Shown: positions 49,281 through 63,038, numbered from the whole stretch's first letter. The stretch: DNA of 63,793 bases, filler included, from Octopus bimaculoides (GCF_001194135.2; 7 parts of 6 records of this genome joined end to end with filler, not necessarily neighbours in it); one strand, 5' to 3'. Translations and numbers: made by a program. Notes: a model not told the origin generated them from the sequence alone.

Positions 49281-49505
49281 TTGCTGCGGAGTACATCGGA
49301 CGAGTTTTCGAATACTCCAAGTAAGTCCTTTTGACAACAATTGTTTACACCAGTTTGGTCCCGTTTTTTGGTTTACATTTTGTTCCAAGTTAATAGAAAC
49401 ACCAGGAACCTGTCAATGGATTTGTGTTTGTTTGGCCTCTTGCGGAGGTATATTTGGTACTCTGAATAAGTTCGGTGGGCGTTTAATCATATATAATTCA
49501 ACAAG

Positions 49506-49960
49506 ATGGCGGAGTGCACCTTGAAAGAGTTAAAGGAAACTTCCCTCTTGCAGTTCTAGTGTCTGCTGAAGATTCCTCCCCTTCCCTCTGTTACTGGCAA
49601 CAATACAGGAGAGCGGGAGAACAAAAGGGATGGAGAAAAAGTACAAAGTCCACCTCGCAGTAACATCAGTGGCAACATCAGCGGCAGCAGTGACAGCAGC
49701 AGTAGTAGTAGTGGTAGCAACAACAATGCGAGAAACAGCAGTGGCAACATCAGCAGTAGCGGTGGAAGTGACAGGAGGAGCTGATTCAGCTGCCCAACGG
49801 GATGGAACTGCGTGTTGTCGTGGAAAGCAGAAAGCTCAGATGTGACATTTGCGGGGCCCACAAAGCACCTGAGAGCCTTCTGCCACAAAAGTTGGGAGGT
49901 ACGTGGCCACACTTGCACCCCCAATAACAGCAACAGCAGCAAAAGAGATCTTTTCATAAA
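49506..49960 (+). mobile_element. Degenerate retroelement ORF1/gag-like fragment with a CCHC zinc knuckle
   Basis: QLPNGMELRVVVESRKLRCDICGA-(+1 nt at 49859)-TKHLRAFC gives C-x2-C-x4-H-x4-C at 49841-49883. The surrounding frames contain stops. Confidence 0.5.
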
Positions 49961-50137
49961 ACGGTAGCCTCATCTCCAATAACAACACTGTTCTGACCTC
50001 GTCTACAGAATTCATATTTTTTCCGTTCAAATGATTNNNNNNNNNNNNNNNNNNNNNNNNNNNNNNNNNNNNNNNNNNNNNNNNNNNNNNNNNNNNNNNN
50101 NNNNNNNNNNNNNNNNNNNNNNNNNNNNNNNNNNNNG

Positions 50138-50690
50138 CCACTAACACGAAACCAGCATCAGCCACGACTACGATATCACTTAGCTTGATGGGTCTTCTCA
50201 AGCACAGCATATCCCCAAATATTTTGGTCATTAGTCATTGCCTCTGTGAGGCCCAATGTTCGAAGATCATGCTTCACCACCTCATCCCATGTCTTCCTGG
50301 GGCTGCCTCTAACAGAGGTTTCCTCCACACTTAGAGATCGGCACTTCTTTATACAGCTATCCTCGTCCATACGCATCACATGACCATACCAGTGGAGTCA
50401 TCTCTTGCACACCACATCTGATGCCTCTTATGCCTAACTTATCTTTCAAGATGCTTACACTCTGTCGAACATGCACACCGACATTGCACATCCAGCGAAG
50501 CATACTGGCTTCATTTCTTTCAATCCTACGCATTTCCTCGACTGTCACAGCCCATGTTTCACTGCCGTATAGCATAGCTGTTCACCCACAGGTATCACAC
50601 AATCTACCATTCACTCTGAAGATCTTTGTAGTCAGAAGAGGTAGAAGCTTTCTGAACTTTGCCCAGCCTAATCTTATTTTCGATAGATTT
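50138..50690 (-). mobile_element. RTE LINE 3' fragment
   Basis: ORFs 50357-50575 (MLYGSETWAVTVEEMRRIERNEASMLRWMC) and 50176-50379. Confidence 0.85.
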
Positions 50691-50972
50691 TTTTTATACA
50701 CCGCTAGTCACAATGCGCTTCCATGCTTTGTTTTAGCTTTAGAATGATGCCAACCACCCTGCTGCTCAAGTGAGCAAGCCAACATTTCCCCTGAACAGAA
50801 TATCAATTCATCGCAGGAACGCACCCACAACTATTTACAGCTGAATGGGACTGGGTTAATGAGAAATGAAGTGTTTTGCACAAGAACACAACACTCCATT
50901 TCAATTTTCTGGTCGTTAGGCTGGAAATTAAAACATAGCTTTGGAACCATTAAAGCAACACTAACCACAAGA

Positions 50973-51041
<69 letters not shown>

Positions 51042-51908
51042 CACACATACACATTAATCTGGCGAGCTGGCAGAAACGTTNNNNNNNNNNNNNNNNNNNN
51101 NNNNNNNNNNNNNNNNNNNNNNNNNNNNNNNNNNNNNNNNNNNNNNNNNNNNNNNNNNNNNNNNNNNNNNNNNNNNNNNNNNNNNNNNNNNNNNNNNNNN
51201 NNNNNNNNNNNNNNNNNNNNNNNNNNNNNNNNNNNNNNNNNNNNNNNNNNNNNNNNNNNNNNNNNNNNNNNNNNNNNNNNNNNNNNNNNNNNNNNNNNNN
51301 NNNNNNNNNNNNNNNNNNNNNNNNNNNNNNNNNNNNNNNNNNNNNNNNNNNNNNNNNNNNNNNNNNNNNNNNNNNNNNNNNNNNNNNNNNNNNNNNNNNN
51401 NNNNNNNNNNNNNNNNNNNNNNNNNNNNNNNNNNNNNNNNNNNNNNNNNNNNNNNNNNNNNNNNNNNNNNNNNNNNNNNNNNNNNNNNNNNNNNNNNNNN
51501 NNNNNNNNNNNNNNNNNNNNNNNNNNNNNNNNNNNNNNNNNNNNNNNNNNNNNNNNNNNNNNNNNNNNNNNNNNNNNNNNNNNNNNNNNNNNNNNNNNNN
51601 NNNNNNNNNNNNNNNNNNNNNNNNNNNNNNNNNNTGACGCCATTAGAAAGATATTTCAAGATCTGAACTAACAGAAACAATGTATTTGTATGTGTGTACC
51701 TAAGGATATAGGTATGATTATATGCGTTTATGTATGTGTGTGTGGATTCATGCATGTGAATGTATATAGGTATGTGCATAGATGTGTATGTGTGCGTGTA
51801 ATTGTCACTGTATGAATGTATCTGTATGTACGAATGTACACATACGCACACACACACACACGCACACACGCACAAACATACACACGTATATATAGACATA
51901 CATATATA

Positions 51909-52310
51909 TCTTTTATCTTATTTGTTTTAGTTATTAGACTGCAGCCATGCTGGAGCACCACCTTAGAGACTTTTAGTTGAATGAATCGACGCCTCACTTG
52001 TTATTACCTTGTAAAATCTGGCACTTATTCTACCGGTCTCTTTTGCCGAACTGCTGTGTTACGTGGACATAAACACGCCAACACCAGTTTTCAACCAGTG
52101 GTGGTGGAACAAACACATACATAAGCACAGAAACACACACATACACACGTATGCACGTACACACACACACACACACACACACATACACATACGCGACTGA
52201 CTCCTTTCAGTTTCTGCCTACCAAATCCACTCACAAGGCTTTGGTCAGCCTGAGGTTATAGCAGAAGGCCAAGGTGCCAAGCAATCTTCTTTCAACACAG
52301 CCGCTCCTGC
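51909..52310 (-). mobile_element. SINE family A diverged copy
   Basis: Reverse-complement matches to both halves around (CA)n. Confidence 0.75.
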
Positions 52311-52616
52311 ACCGCGTACCTCCATATATACGAATTGTAATATCCCCTTGTAAATTTTTATTGAATTTAATTGAATATATTTAAATTACATTATAGAATA
52401 TTCGAGATGTAAATGCCCCAATCAGTAAATATCTAACTTCTACATCTATATTTCTGTGTTCTGGGTGTGTATGTATGAATATGTGTATATATATATATAT
52501 ATGTGTGTGCGTGTGTGTAGCTATTTCTATATCTGTGTACGTGTATTTGCGTATGTATATGAAATATGAATATGAAATAGCTCGATATTTGATCATATAT
52601 TAACATATACTATTTA

Positions 52617-54414
52617 TCTCTCTATATATAAAAATGAGAATGTGTGTCTGTCTGTCTGTCTGTGTGAATCCATAAAACTCGAGAACTACACAACCAATTT
52701 CATTCAAATTTTACACATGCCTTACTTAGGGTCCCGGTTGTGTTTTAGTCAAAAAATATTTTTTAAATTTCTTGCATAGTTCGAGCCCACAGCAACATCA
52801 TATCTCCTCCACTATTTAAGTATTACGTGTCAAAAGTGAAACAAAAACACTCATGTCAAATACTTTCACTTTAAAAACGAAACTATTTCACTTTTTCAGT
52901 ATCAAAACTGAAATAATCACATCTCGATACTGTAATGACAGATACTTTCACTTTAATGGTTTCATTTTCATACTGAATCTACTACAGTGAAACTATACTC
53001 TCACATACATACAGGCATACATACATATNNNNNNNNNNNNNNNNNNNNNNNNNNNNNNNNNNNNNNNNNNNNNNNNNNNNNAGAGAGAGAGAGAGAGAGA
53101 GAGAGAGATGTATATATGTATACATATAGATGTATATGTACACGTATATGTATAGATATATATATTCACATAGATCTATATGCATACATGTATATGTATA
53201 CATATGTGTAGATGTATATATATAGATGTACATGTAATATGTACACATATATACATGCATACAGATATCTATACATATATATACCCATACACACACATAC
53301 ACATGCACACAAATATACACATTAGTCATTTGTTTTTTTATCCAAAACTACGTCAAAAGTACTGAATGGATCTTTATGAAATTTGGAAATTATATTCTAT
53401 GCATAACGGCCATAACCCCCATTAAAATCCATATAATTTTGATGTTGATGAAATTTTAACCATACATATTACACACAAATAAAGTAATATTTCTAAAATA
53501 TCTTCTTAGAAGTTACAAAGACCCCTTCATGAGGACTTCACACCCACAATTTAGTAATTTTCCATAAGAAAATACGAATACAGTTGTACCATTGGAAGCT
53601 ATAGGGTCACCCGAACAAAACAGATGAGCATTATTTGAAATTCAACGGTACAACAGTGTAAGACTACCCTTTCAGATATACTTACATTGTGATTTCTGCA
53701 ATGTGGGGCATAAATTGTCAAATAAATGAGACGCATCTTTGCCTCCACTGATTCACTTGCAAAGTGTTGATTAAAATTATTTTGCTGCAGACCTCCTTTC
53801 AATCTTTTTATTATCACTGAGTCACACATAGTCCCCAGTTGGTAACATTGATTTCAAGGCCTTCCCAGATGAGTGACTGGTTGTTCTAAGACTTTTATTG
53901 ATTGTAAATTTTTTCTATCCAGTTACCTATCGGTATAGCGGTCATTTGCAAACTCCAGAGGCGACACTTTCATTTCCCTTTACTCCAAACGTCACATGTT
54001 GTTATTTCAATTGGGTCATGCCCTTCCAATTGCTATAGATCCGTAATGCATCTTACAGCTGTGCCTGTTACCTGTATGGTGAGGAATCCTACATTGGGGG
54101 CAGTAACCACTAGGCTAGGGTAGCTGACTGATTATCATGATCATTCGTCTTTTGATTTCCTGTAGCTTTGCCCTCTTTTACAAACCCAGTGAACATACAT
54201 ATATTTCCTATTTCAAAGAAATTCAAACAATACATATTAGACCCAAGTTAAAAAGATTCCCAACAATTCAACTTCTCTGGTTGACATTAACACACCCACT
54301 CCCAATAGGGGCCTTAACTCCCACATTTTTCAGCTCCGTGAGATCCATTTTTCAGGAGCAAAATCCTTTTTACAGGGTCCATAACACTGGAATTTTGGAA
54401 TGTGCGCATAAATA
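52617..54414 (+). mobile_element. Non-autonomous Helitron-like element, interrupted and lacking its own 3' end
   Basis: Starts A|TC...tatatataaaaatgagaatgtgtgtctgtctg. Segments 52617-53028 and 54225-54414 match the copy at 54415-55183. Confidence 0.6.
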
Positions 54415-55183
54415 TCAGATATATAAAGATGAGAATGTGTGTCTGTGTGAATCCCTAAAACTCCAGAACTACACAACCAATTTCATTCCAAATTAACTCA
54501 TGCCTTACTGAGGGTCCATGTAGTGTCTTAGGCCAAAAATTTTTTAACTTCTTGCATAATTCGAGCCCACAGCAATATCATATCTCCTCCACCATTTCAG
54601 TATTACGTGTCAAAAGTGAAACAATAACATCACTCTACTGTAATGTCAGATACTTTCACTTTAACGCTGAAACTATTCCACTATTTCAGTATTACGTGTC
54701 AAAAGTGAAACAATAACATGTCGCTACTGTAATTTCAAATACTTTCACTTTAATACTTTCAATTTCATACTGAAACTATTAAAGTGAAACTATACTCTCA
54801 CATATATACAGGCATACTATAAGACCCAAGTCAAAAACATTCCCAAAAATTCAACTTTTCTGGTTGACATTAACACACCCATCCCCAATAGGGGCCTTCA
54901 TTCCTACATTTTAAAGCTCCATGAGCTCCATTTTTCAGAAGCAAAATCCTTTTTACAGATTCCAGAAGACTGAAATTTTGGAATATGCGCATAAAGATCA
55001 ATAGTATGGGATACATGTCTCATGATTAGAATTTTTTAGGGTGTATAAAGAGGGAAAGAACCCTCATGTGCAATTTTGATGAAATTCGAATCATATGTAT
55101 TCCAGTTCCTTACAGAAAATATAACAGAAAAGTCTCATTCTTCAATTCCATGTAACACGGGCAACGCCAGGTATCTCTGCTAG
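54415..55183 (+). mobile_element. Complete non-autonomous Helitron-like element (769 bp)
   Basis: 5' TC preceded by A. Subterminal hairpin remnant acacgggcaacgccaggt. 3' CTAG (55180-55183) followed by T, giving an A|T insertion with no TSD. Internal tandem duplication at about 54590-54752. Confidence 0.75.
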
Positions 55184-56356
55184 TTTATTATATATTAAGA
55201 CAATCACATAAGTAGTTCCCTTTTATACGTCTTTACTCATACTGTACATATTTNNNNNNNNNNNNNNNNNNNNNNNNNNNNNNNNNNNNNNNNNNNNTTA
55301 ATTAATTAANNNNNNNNNNNNNNNNNNNNNNNNNNNNNNNNNNNNNNNNNNNNTATATATATATATATTTGCACAAACACACACATGTACGTGTATGTAT
55401 GTGTAGTTTTCTAAAAACGCGTGGAATGAAACATATTTGAAAAGATATTCTTTTAATCAAATTAATTACATAATCTAGCATAAGTTTCGCCAAATATTCC
55501 TCCATTATATTTGACAAAAGTTGAATTAGCTTTAAATGGCTTACTTTTATATTTTCCATACTTAATTTACACACCGGAAAGGGCGAAGAATAGCTGGATA
55601 ATCTGCTATGAAACAAATCTGAAATAAGCATGTATATTCTATAGAATTATTTATCCAGAAAAACTCATCGGAATTAAAATAATGACTTAATTACGAAAAC
55701 CCTAACATATTCAGCAGAGCAATATTTTATTCAAATTATCTTTAGAAGATTAAAAATTATAGGAATTTATTTAATTAATTAATATAAATTTGCTTTAAGT
55801 ATTCTATAATATTTGTCAATGATATTGGCACCAAAATCAAAAGAATTTTACAACAGAATTGGTTCGAATCAACCTCGGTACATGCCTAGATACCTGATGG
55901 TTTGTTATTCTTCTATTAGACTGTAAGTGAAATTCGTTCGTTTTTATTTATTTATCTATCTTAATATATCCCAATGTTTTTTGAATTAACACGAAAAAAT
56001 ATGTTTATCGCCGTGTCTTATACTCTTTCTTGTTTTATAACTATTCTTTCTCTACAGATTTTATTTACCGTTTTAGAAATGTGAATAAATTCTAGATAGG
56101 CACGAGTGTGGCAACGTGGTAAGAAGTTTGTTTCCCAACTGTAGCGTTTCGGGTTCAGCCCCGCTGCGTGACACCTTGAACAAGTGTCTTCTATTTAAAA
56201 GAAAATTACTGGGATCGGTTCGCTCGTCTGAAAACCTTTCAATGCCTTGCCCCAGTATGACCGCAGTCTAATGAGTGAAACAAGTAATAGGTAAAAGAAG
56301 AAATTATTCTCTCATTCGTAGAAAAAAAAAACCGTTTAGAGGGGCGTAAATATCCA

Positions 56357-56429
56357 CAGCCCGATCCGGGATTCAAACTCACAACCTCGCGATCGTAAGC
56401 TCGACGCTCTAACCACTGAACCATGCGCC
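56357..56429 (-). mobile_element. tRNA-like SINE head (third family) or tRNA pseudogene
   Basis: ggcgcatggttcagtggttagagcgtcgagcttacgatcgcgaggttgtgagtttgaatcccggatcgggctg has A-box and B-box-like motifs, but the anticodon and acceptor stems do not pair. Confidence 0.6.
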
Positions 56430-56470
<41 letters not shown>

Positions 56471-57370
56471 TGTCTTTATATATATATATAAAGAAAACAA
56501 AAAATGGAACAAGAGCGTAACAGGCAACAACAAAACATCCGGACAATTAGACGATACAAAAAGGACGGGTCATTCGGAGCTTCTTATCGAGTTCCACATC
56601 GTCTTAGCAGTTTCGACCGGTTACACTCGAGACTGCTCCAATCTGGCCGGCCCCAAGAAAATCTAGGCTAAGACCACTACACTCCTCAGAAGAAAGCAGG
56701 CGAATGTATACGAAAAAAAAAAGGAGAAATGGTACACAATTACAAATACAAACAACAAAACATTAACAACAGGTCTCTTTCGACTAAGGACGAATTAAAT
56801 TAAGTTAGCGTAGCAGAAAGAGAGACGGGGCGGGAGAGAGAACGAGAGAGAACATGAGAGAGGAGGGGAGAGAGAACGAGAGAGAACATGAGAGAGGAGG
56901 GGAGAGAGATAGAGAGAGGGAGGGNNNNNNNNNNNNNNNNNNNNNNNNNNNNNNNNNNNNNNNNNNNNNNNNNNNNNNNNNNNNNNNNNNNNNNNNNNNN
57001 NNNNNNNNNNNNNNNNNNNNNNNNNNNNNNNNNNNNNNNNNNNNNNNNNNNNNNNNNNNNNNNNNNNNNNNNNNNNNNNNNNNNNNNNNNNNNNNNNNNN
57101 NNNNNNNNNNNNNNNNNNNNNNNNNNNNNNNNNNNNNNNNNNNNNNNNNNNNNNNNNNNNNNNNNNNNNNNNNNNNNNNNNNNNNNNNNNNNNNNNNNNN
57201 NNNNNNNNNNNNNNNNNNNNNNNNNNNNNNNNNNNNNNNNNNNNNNNNNNNNNNNNNNNNNNNNNNNNNNNNNNNNNNNNNNNNNNNNNNNNNNNNNNNN
57301 NNNNNNNNNNNNNNNNNNNNNNNNNNNNNNNNNNNNNNNNNNNNNNNNNNNNNNNNNCACCACCACCACC

Positions 57371-57406
<36 letters not shown>

Positions 57407-58447
57407 GGTTTTCAGTTCCAATGACTTCTTTTTGCAATTTATTTGTATGAAGTTTTCAAACAGTTTCTTTTTTATTTTCATTTTCGAATTCTCTTTCATG
57501 AATTTCTCTTCGTCTGTCTCATCTCCGCATATATTTTTCTCCTTCTCCTCTCCCTACACCGCTCTGTCTCCACCTCCTTCTTGCTATCTGTATCTCTAGG
57601 CTTCTCCCCACCCGCCCTCTCTTTCTCTTTCTCTCTCTCTCTCCCCACATCATATACACCTTCCACAATCCATTTCCATTTCTCTGATACTGCCAAACTT
57701 CTTATTAGCTGTCACGTTTTATGGTCTTTTGAATCAATATATATTCTTGTTATTGTATCGGTCTCTTTGCCGAACCGCTAAGTTACGGGGACGTAAACAC
57801 ACCAGCATCGATTGTATGTGTCCTCTCTGTCTCCCTCTTCATCGTCTCTCATTCTCCCTTGTTGTTCCTTTCCTTTTTTCAGTCTCTTCCCGTTCTATCC
57901 ACGCCCACCACTCCATACATAAAAACCACATTTACATTACAACAAACCCCAAACACAACCCAACTTCCTAGAAACACCAGCCAAATCACCCGCAATTTAC
58001 ACCCCACCACCTTAGAAAAAACAAAGGACACATTTGTATAATAGAAGCCTCCCAGATGTCTGGAGAACAAAATTCAGGCTAGACGGTCATGGCTGGACTA
58101 CCTTTGATCATATGGCTGTTTAATCAAGCCTAAGCTTATTCCTAAACAACAGAATATTTATACGTGTCTTGTAGCTGTTGTTGTTGTTGTTGTTGTTGTT
58201 GGTGGTGTTGTTGTTGTTGTTGGTGGTGATGTAGCTGGCGTTGCTGTTGTTGTTTTTGTTGTTATTGTCGTTGTGAATATTGTTGTTGTTGTTCCTGTTT
58301 GTGCATCATGCCTCCCCCAAATATCTACACATCTTACCTTTCTTTCTAACTATATTCTCCGAAACCCTCCCCTTCTTTTCCACACTTTCTCCCTCACTAT
58401 TCATCTCTCTTTCCTTCCCTCTCTCTCTCTTTCTCTCCCTGTTTTTG

Positions 58448-58486
<39 letters not shown>

Positions 58487-58565
58487 ACTCTTTGTCTCCT
58501 TTTTTGTTCTCTTTATCTCTCTCTAGTGATCGATCGATCCACCGATTTTTCTACCTGTCTGCTAG

Positions 58566-58677
<112 letters not shown>

Positions 58678-59768
58678 NNNNNNNNNNNNNNNNNNNNNNN
58701 NNNNNNNNNNNNNNNNNNNNNTTAATTAATTAANNNNNNNNNNNNNNNNNNNNNNNNNNNNNNNNNNNNNNNNNNNNCAGTAGTTCTTTGGCTGCTATTT
58801 CTGAATTCTCAGTATGTTGGAGAAGCAGGTTACTGTCAATCCCTATATATTTATGATTATAAATGATTTTTACCGAAAAGGTTTTTTTCATACTGAGCTA
58901 CCCGGCAAAATTGTTAATTATTAATTTTATTACTAATTGACGATTCCCTCCCCTGCATATCTATATATATATATATATATATATACCTAGATACATACAT
59001 GCATATATAGGTAGATACCTACCTACCTACCTACCTACCTACCTACCTACCTACCTACCTACCTACCTATCTACCTACCTACATACATACATACATGAAA
59101 TATACACCTGTAATTATCATCTAAACAAATGCGTTTGTGGGTTTTGATTTTTTATTTGCTTTGCAATGTTTTGATGTGAACTCGTGTATCAAAACTGATT
59201 TTGTCGCGTCGTGGGAGGACAATTTTTACAATCAGGAAAAACAAGCATTACTTCGATTTCGCTTCTTTTAGTCAGATGATTTACCATTTCAGTTACTAAT
59301 CGATTGTTTGATTGATCGATGGGTGAATCAATCGGCTGCGACGTGATCATGTTTATTGGAACTACATCTGAAAGAGAATTAGACCATGCGTTTGGGAACA
59401 ATCAGAATGATGCACAACTTAGAATTAAGATAGCAGAGTTCTCTTTACAAGACGCCTGGGGTAGAGAGGGTGTGTAATTGATGAGGTCGTGAAAGGTGAT
59501 GAAATACTTCGATGAATCTAGGTCTCTGATTGAAGACTAATCAATCAATGACGAATAGTGAAACAATCGATTAGAAAATGGGTTCATTGGTTGAGAAATA
59601 ATGGTAAAATTCAAAGAGAACCGATGCTCGCGAGTATTATTGATATCATGACCCTCCCAAAATACAACAAAGGGCTTTAATGCATACAGGAGCATGGTAA
59701 CTAGAATACATATACAGGCTCAAATCTGATGACTTTATGCCAAACTAAAGTACATCATTATCATTAAT

Positions 59769-60392
59769 ATTATTTGGCAGAAGCAAGGCGGTGAGATGGT
59801 AGAAACGTTAGCATGCCGGCCGGAAGGCTTAAAGGTATTTCGTCTGCCGTTACGTTCTGAGTTCAAATTCCGCCGAGATCGACTTTGCCGTTCATCCTTT
59901 CGGGGACGATAAATTAAGTACCAGTTGCGTAATGGGGTCGATTCAATCGACTGGCCCCCTCACTCAAAATTTGGGCCTTGTACCTAGAGGAGAAAAATTA
60001 TTTGGCAGAAACAAGGCGGTGAGATGGTAGAAACGTTAGTATGTCGGGCAGAAGGCTTAAAGGTATTTCGTCTCTCTATGTGTTCTGAGTTCAAATTCCG
60101 CCGAGGTCAACTTTGCCGTTCATCCTTTCGGGGACGATAAATTAAGTACCAGTTGCATAATGTGGTTGATTCAATCGACTGGCCCCCTCACTCAAAATTT
60201 GGGCCTTGTACCTAGAGTAGAAAAGATTATTTGGCAGAAACAAGGCGGTGAGCTGGCAGAATCGTTAGCACGCTGGGCAAAATGCTCAGCAAAATTTCGT
60301 CCGTTGCTGCGTGTTGAGTTCAAATTCAGCCGAGGTTGATCTTGCCTTACATTCTTTCGCGGTCGATAAACTAAATAGCAGTGTAATCCACT
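59769..60392 (+). repeat. Head-to-tail tandem array of about 2.7 SINE family B units (period 228-229 bp)
   Basis: Units start at 59769, 59997 and 60226, each with the same attatttggcagaa.caa leader. Confidence 0.85.
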
Positions 60393-60585
60393 CATTCCCT
60401 GTTCCCAAATTCCTGCTCATGTGACAAAATTTAAAGCTATTAATTGGCAGAAACATTAGCGCGTAAGACAAAATTATTTCGTGTGTATTTCTTCCGATAT
60501 ATTTGAGTTCAAATGTTGTTATCATTATTACTACTATTAATTCTTAATAAACTAAGTATTAAATTTAGACAATCAATGTCATATA

Positions 60586-60615
60586 CTAGCAATGCATCCC
60601 GGCGTTGCCCGGGTG
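60586..60615 (-). mobile_element. Intact Helitron 3' terminus (body extends to higher coordinates; 5' end not located)
   Basis: Minus strand cccgg-gcaacg-ccggg hairpin, then atgcattg-CTAG followed by T. Confidence 0.7.
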
Positions 60616-61525
60616 TCATGACCTATAGCCACATTGTCTCATTTCTTTCTTTCTAATGAGCAGAATCGGCACACGAGGAGTGTGAAGCAAACAACTCTTC
60701 TTTATAATCATGTTTTACAGTCATTTTGTGATGAACAATGCGGAAATTGTTGACACGAAAAGCATGTAGAGAAAGAGAGACATAGAGTGAGTGAGAGAAG
60801 GTGTGCGTCGTAAGGATGGACGTATTTTAAGGCACAAACTCATACAGAAAATGCGACGTCATCATTGTCGTCGTCGTATAAAATGCTTACGATATTTGAA
60901 TTATGGAAATGATTATAATTTTAAATTTTTGTAATGGAAATATGTCAATGAAAATAAAGTTTAGTTGGTAGCGGAAATAGTACTGAATTTGTTAATACTC
61001 CATACGTCAAAATTGGCAACACATAAATACATGAACGCACACACGGACGCGCGCACACGCAAACACACGAACGCGCACACACGTACAAATAAAAATACGT
61101 AAATGAGAGAAAATGGAATGAATGACAGTCTTTATTTAAAATCTCTATAATTATTTCGATACAATTTTACACTTGTAGTACATTGGGAATATGTATAATC
61201 ATTATCATAAATTCAGAGCGTAAAATGCGCCTCCTTTTTCTACATTAGATGTACGTTAACACTCATGCTACATCTCACCAATGTACTACGGATGTAAAAT
61301 GTTGTCAAAACAATTGTAGTGATTTTAAATATTTTCCATTGCATTCTCTTTCATTTACCTAGTGATATCAATTCAAACGATAATATGAACTTCCTGATGT
61401 GTATCCAACAGCAAGAGCATTTCCACTGCATGATAACCTCAGATACCCAGAAATGTGAACGAGCTTCGCATAAGATTCTATAAGGTTTCTACCAGAATTT
61501 TATTTAACTATAGTATGTGTGTTTG

Positions 61526-61588
<63 letters not shown>

Positions 61589-61754
61589 NNNNNNNNNNNN
61601 NNNNNNNNNNNNNNNNNNNNNNNNNNNNNNNNTTAATTAATTAANNNNNNNNNNNNNNNNNNNNNNNNNNNNNNNNNNNNNNNNNNNNTATATATATATA
61701 TATATATATTTATATATACATATATATATATATATATCTGCATATCATCATCAT

Positions 61755-61796
<42 letters not shown>

Positions 61797-62215
61797 GTGC
61801 GTATATACATAGGTACATCCACACACGCACACACACGTTTCAACTTACGAAATACAGAAGCTTTCGTTTTGCTCATCTTCATAGTTGATGGTTGTTTTGT
61901 TTTGTTTTTTTTTGTTATTTTTGGGGGTTTTTCTTCTTCTTTATCATGACGATATCGCCCCCTAAGCTTCAACAGTGTTATAGTTTTTGTGCCAGCTTTT
62001 GTCATAACTGAATGTTTGCCATTGTCTGAATATTATTTTCTAAATGGTTTTGTCACATTTAACCTGTTGCATTGACATTTCGTGTGGAAACTTTTATTCA
62101 GGGATGCAATTTGGATTCAAATTAAATTTTCATAAAATTTGTGAAATGGTAGGAATTGTGTGTGTGATAGGCAAGAAATTATAGTTTATTCATATTTTCC
62201 TTGTTCTTTTTCTTG

Positions 62216-62255
<40 letters not shown>

Positions 62256-62302
62256 CTTCAATTCTTTTTCTTCTTCCCATTATTATTATTATTATTATTA
62301 TC

Positions 62303-62473
62303 GCGGTGAGCTGGCAGAATCATTAGCACACTGGACGATATGCTTAGCAGTATTTCACCCGTCACTATGTTCTGAGTTCAAATTCTGCTGAGGTTGACCT
62401 TGCCTTTCGTCCTTTCGGGGTCGATAAAATAAGTACCAGTTGAACACTGGGGTCAATGTAATCGACTATGCCC

Positions 62474-62507
<34 letters not shown>

Positions 62508-62665
62508 TACATGTATGATTGGCTTCGTTCCTTTTCCGCCTGCCAAATTCACTCACATACCTTTGGTCGGACCAAGGCTACCAAAGAAGACACTTTTGGC
62601 CAATGTGCCATGCAGTGGGACTGAACACTGACCCATGTGGCTGGGAAGCAAACTTCTTACCACAC
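62303..62665. mobile_element. SINE B (+, 62303-62475) followed by a SINE A 5' half (-, 62520-62665)
   Basis: Diagnostic family motifs. Confidence 0.7.
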
Positions 62666-62719
62666 AATGAATATATAACATTCTCTGCTGATGTTGTCTA
62701 CAGAGATTAAGTAACTCTT

Positions 62720-62994
62720 ATATCTGTCTGTCTGTCTGTCTATATATCTGTCTGTCTATCTGTCTGTCTGTCTGTCTGTCTTTCTATCTGTCTGCCTGTC
62801 TGTCTGTCTACCTGTCTGTCTACCTGTCTGTCTACCTGTCTGTCTACCTGTCTACCTGTCTATCTACCTGTCTACCTGTCTATCTACCTGTCTATCTGTC
62901 TATCTACCTGTCTATCTGTCTATCTACCTGTCTATCTGTCTATCTATCTGTCTGTCTATCTATCTATCTATCTGTCTGTCTATCTATCTATCTA

Positions 62995-63038
<44 letters not shown>

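Noticed and set aside
49556-49957. Minus-strand ORF with a signal-peptide-like start (MKRSLLLLLLLLGVQVW)
   Set aside because: The leucine runs come from (CAG/CAA)-type repeats, the splice donor is poor, and the opposite strand carries a more informative zinc-knuckle relic.
56357-56429. tRNA-Val(UAC) gene
   Set aside because: Anticodon and acceptor stems do not pair and the B-box is mutated, so it is treated as a SINE head or pseudogene.
56625-56680. Resemblance to a twister ribozyme (ACUGC...CAAU...GCCGG-CCCCAAG)
   Set aside because: It lacks the UAA cleavage loop, the closing P4 strand and the GAGGG pseudoknot partner.
59769-60392. CRISPR-like or other prokaryotic repeat array
   Set aside because: The units are whole SINE copies without unique spacers, and the window is eukaryotic with no cas genes.
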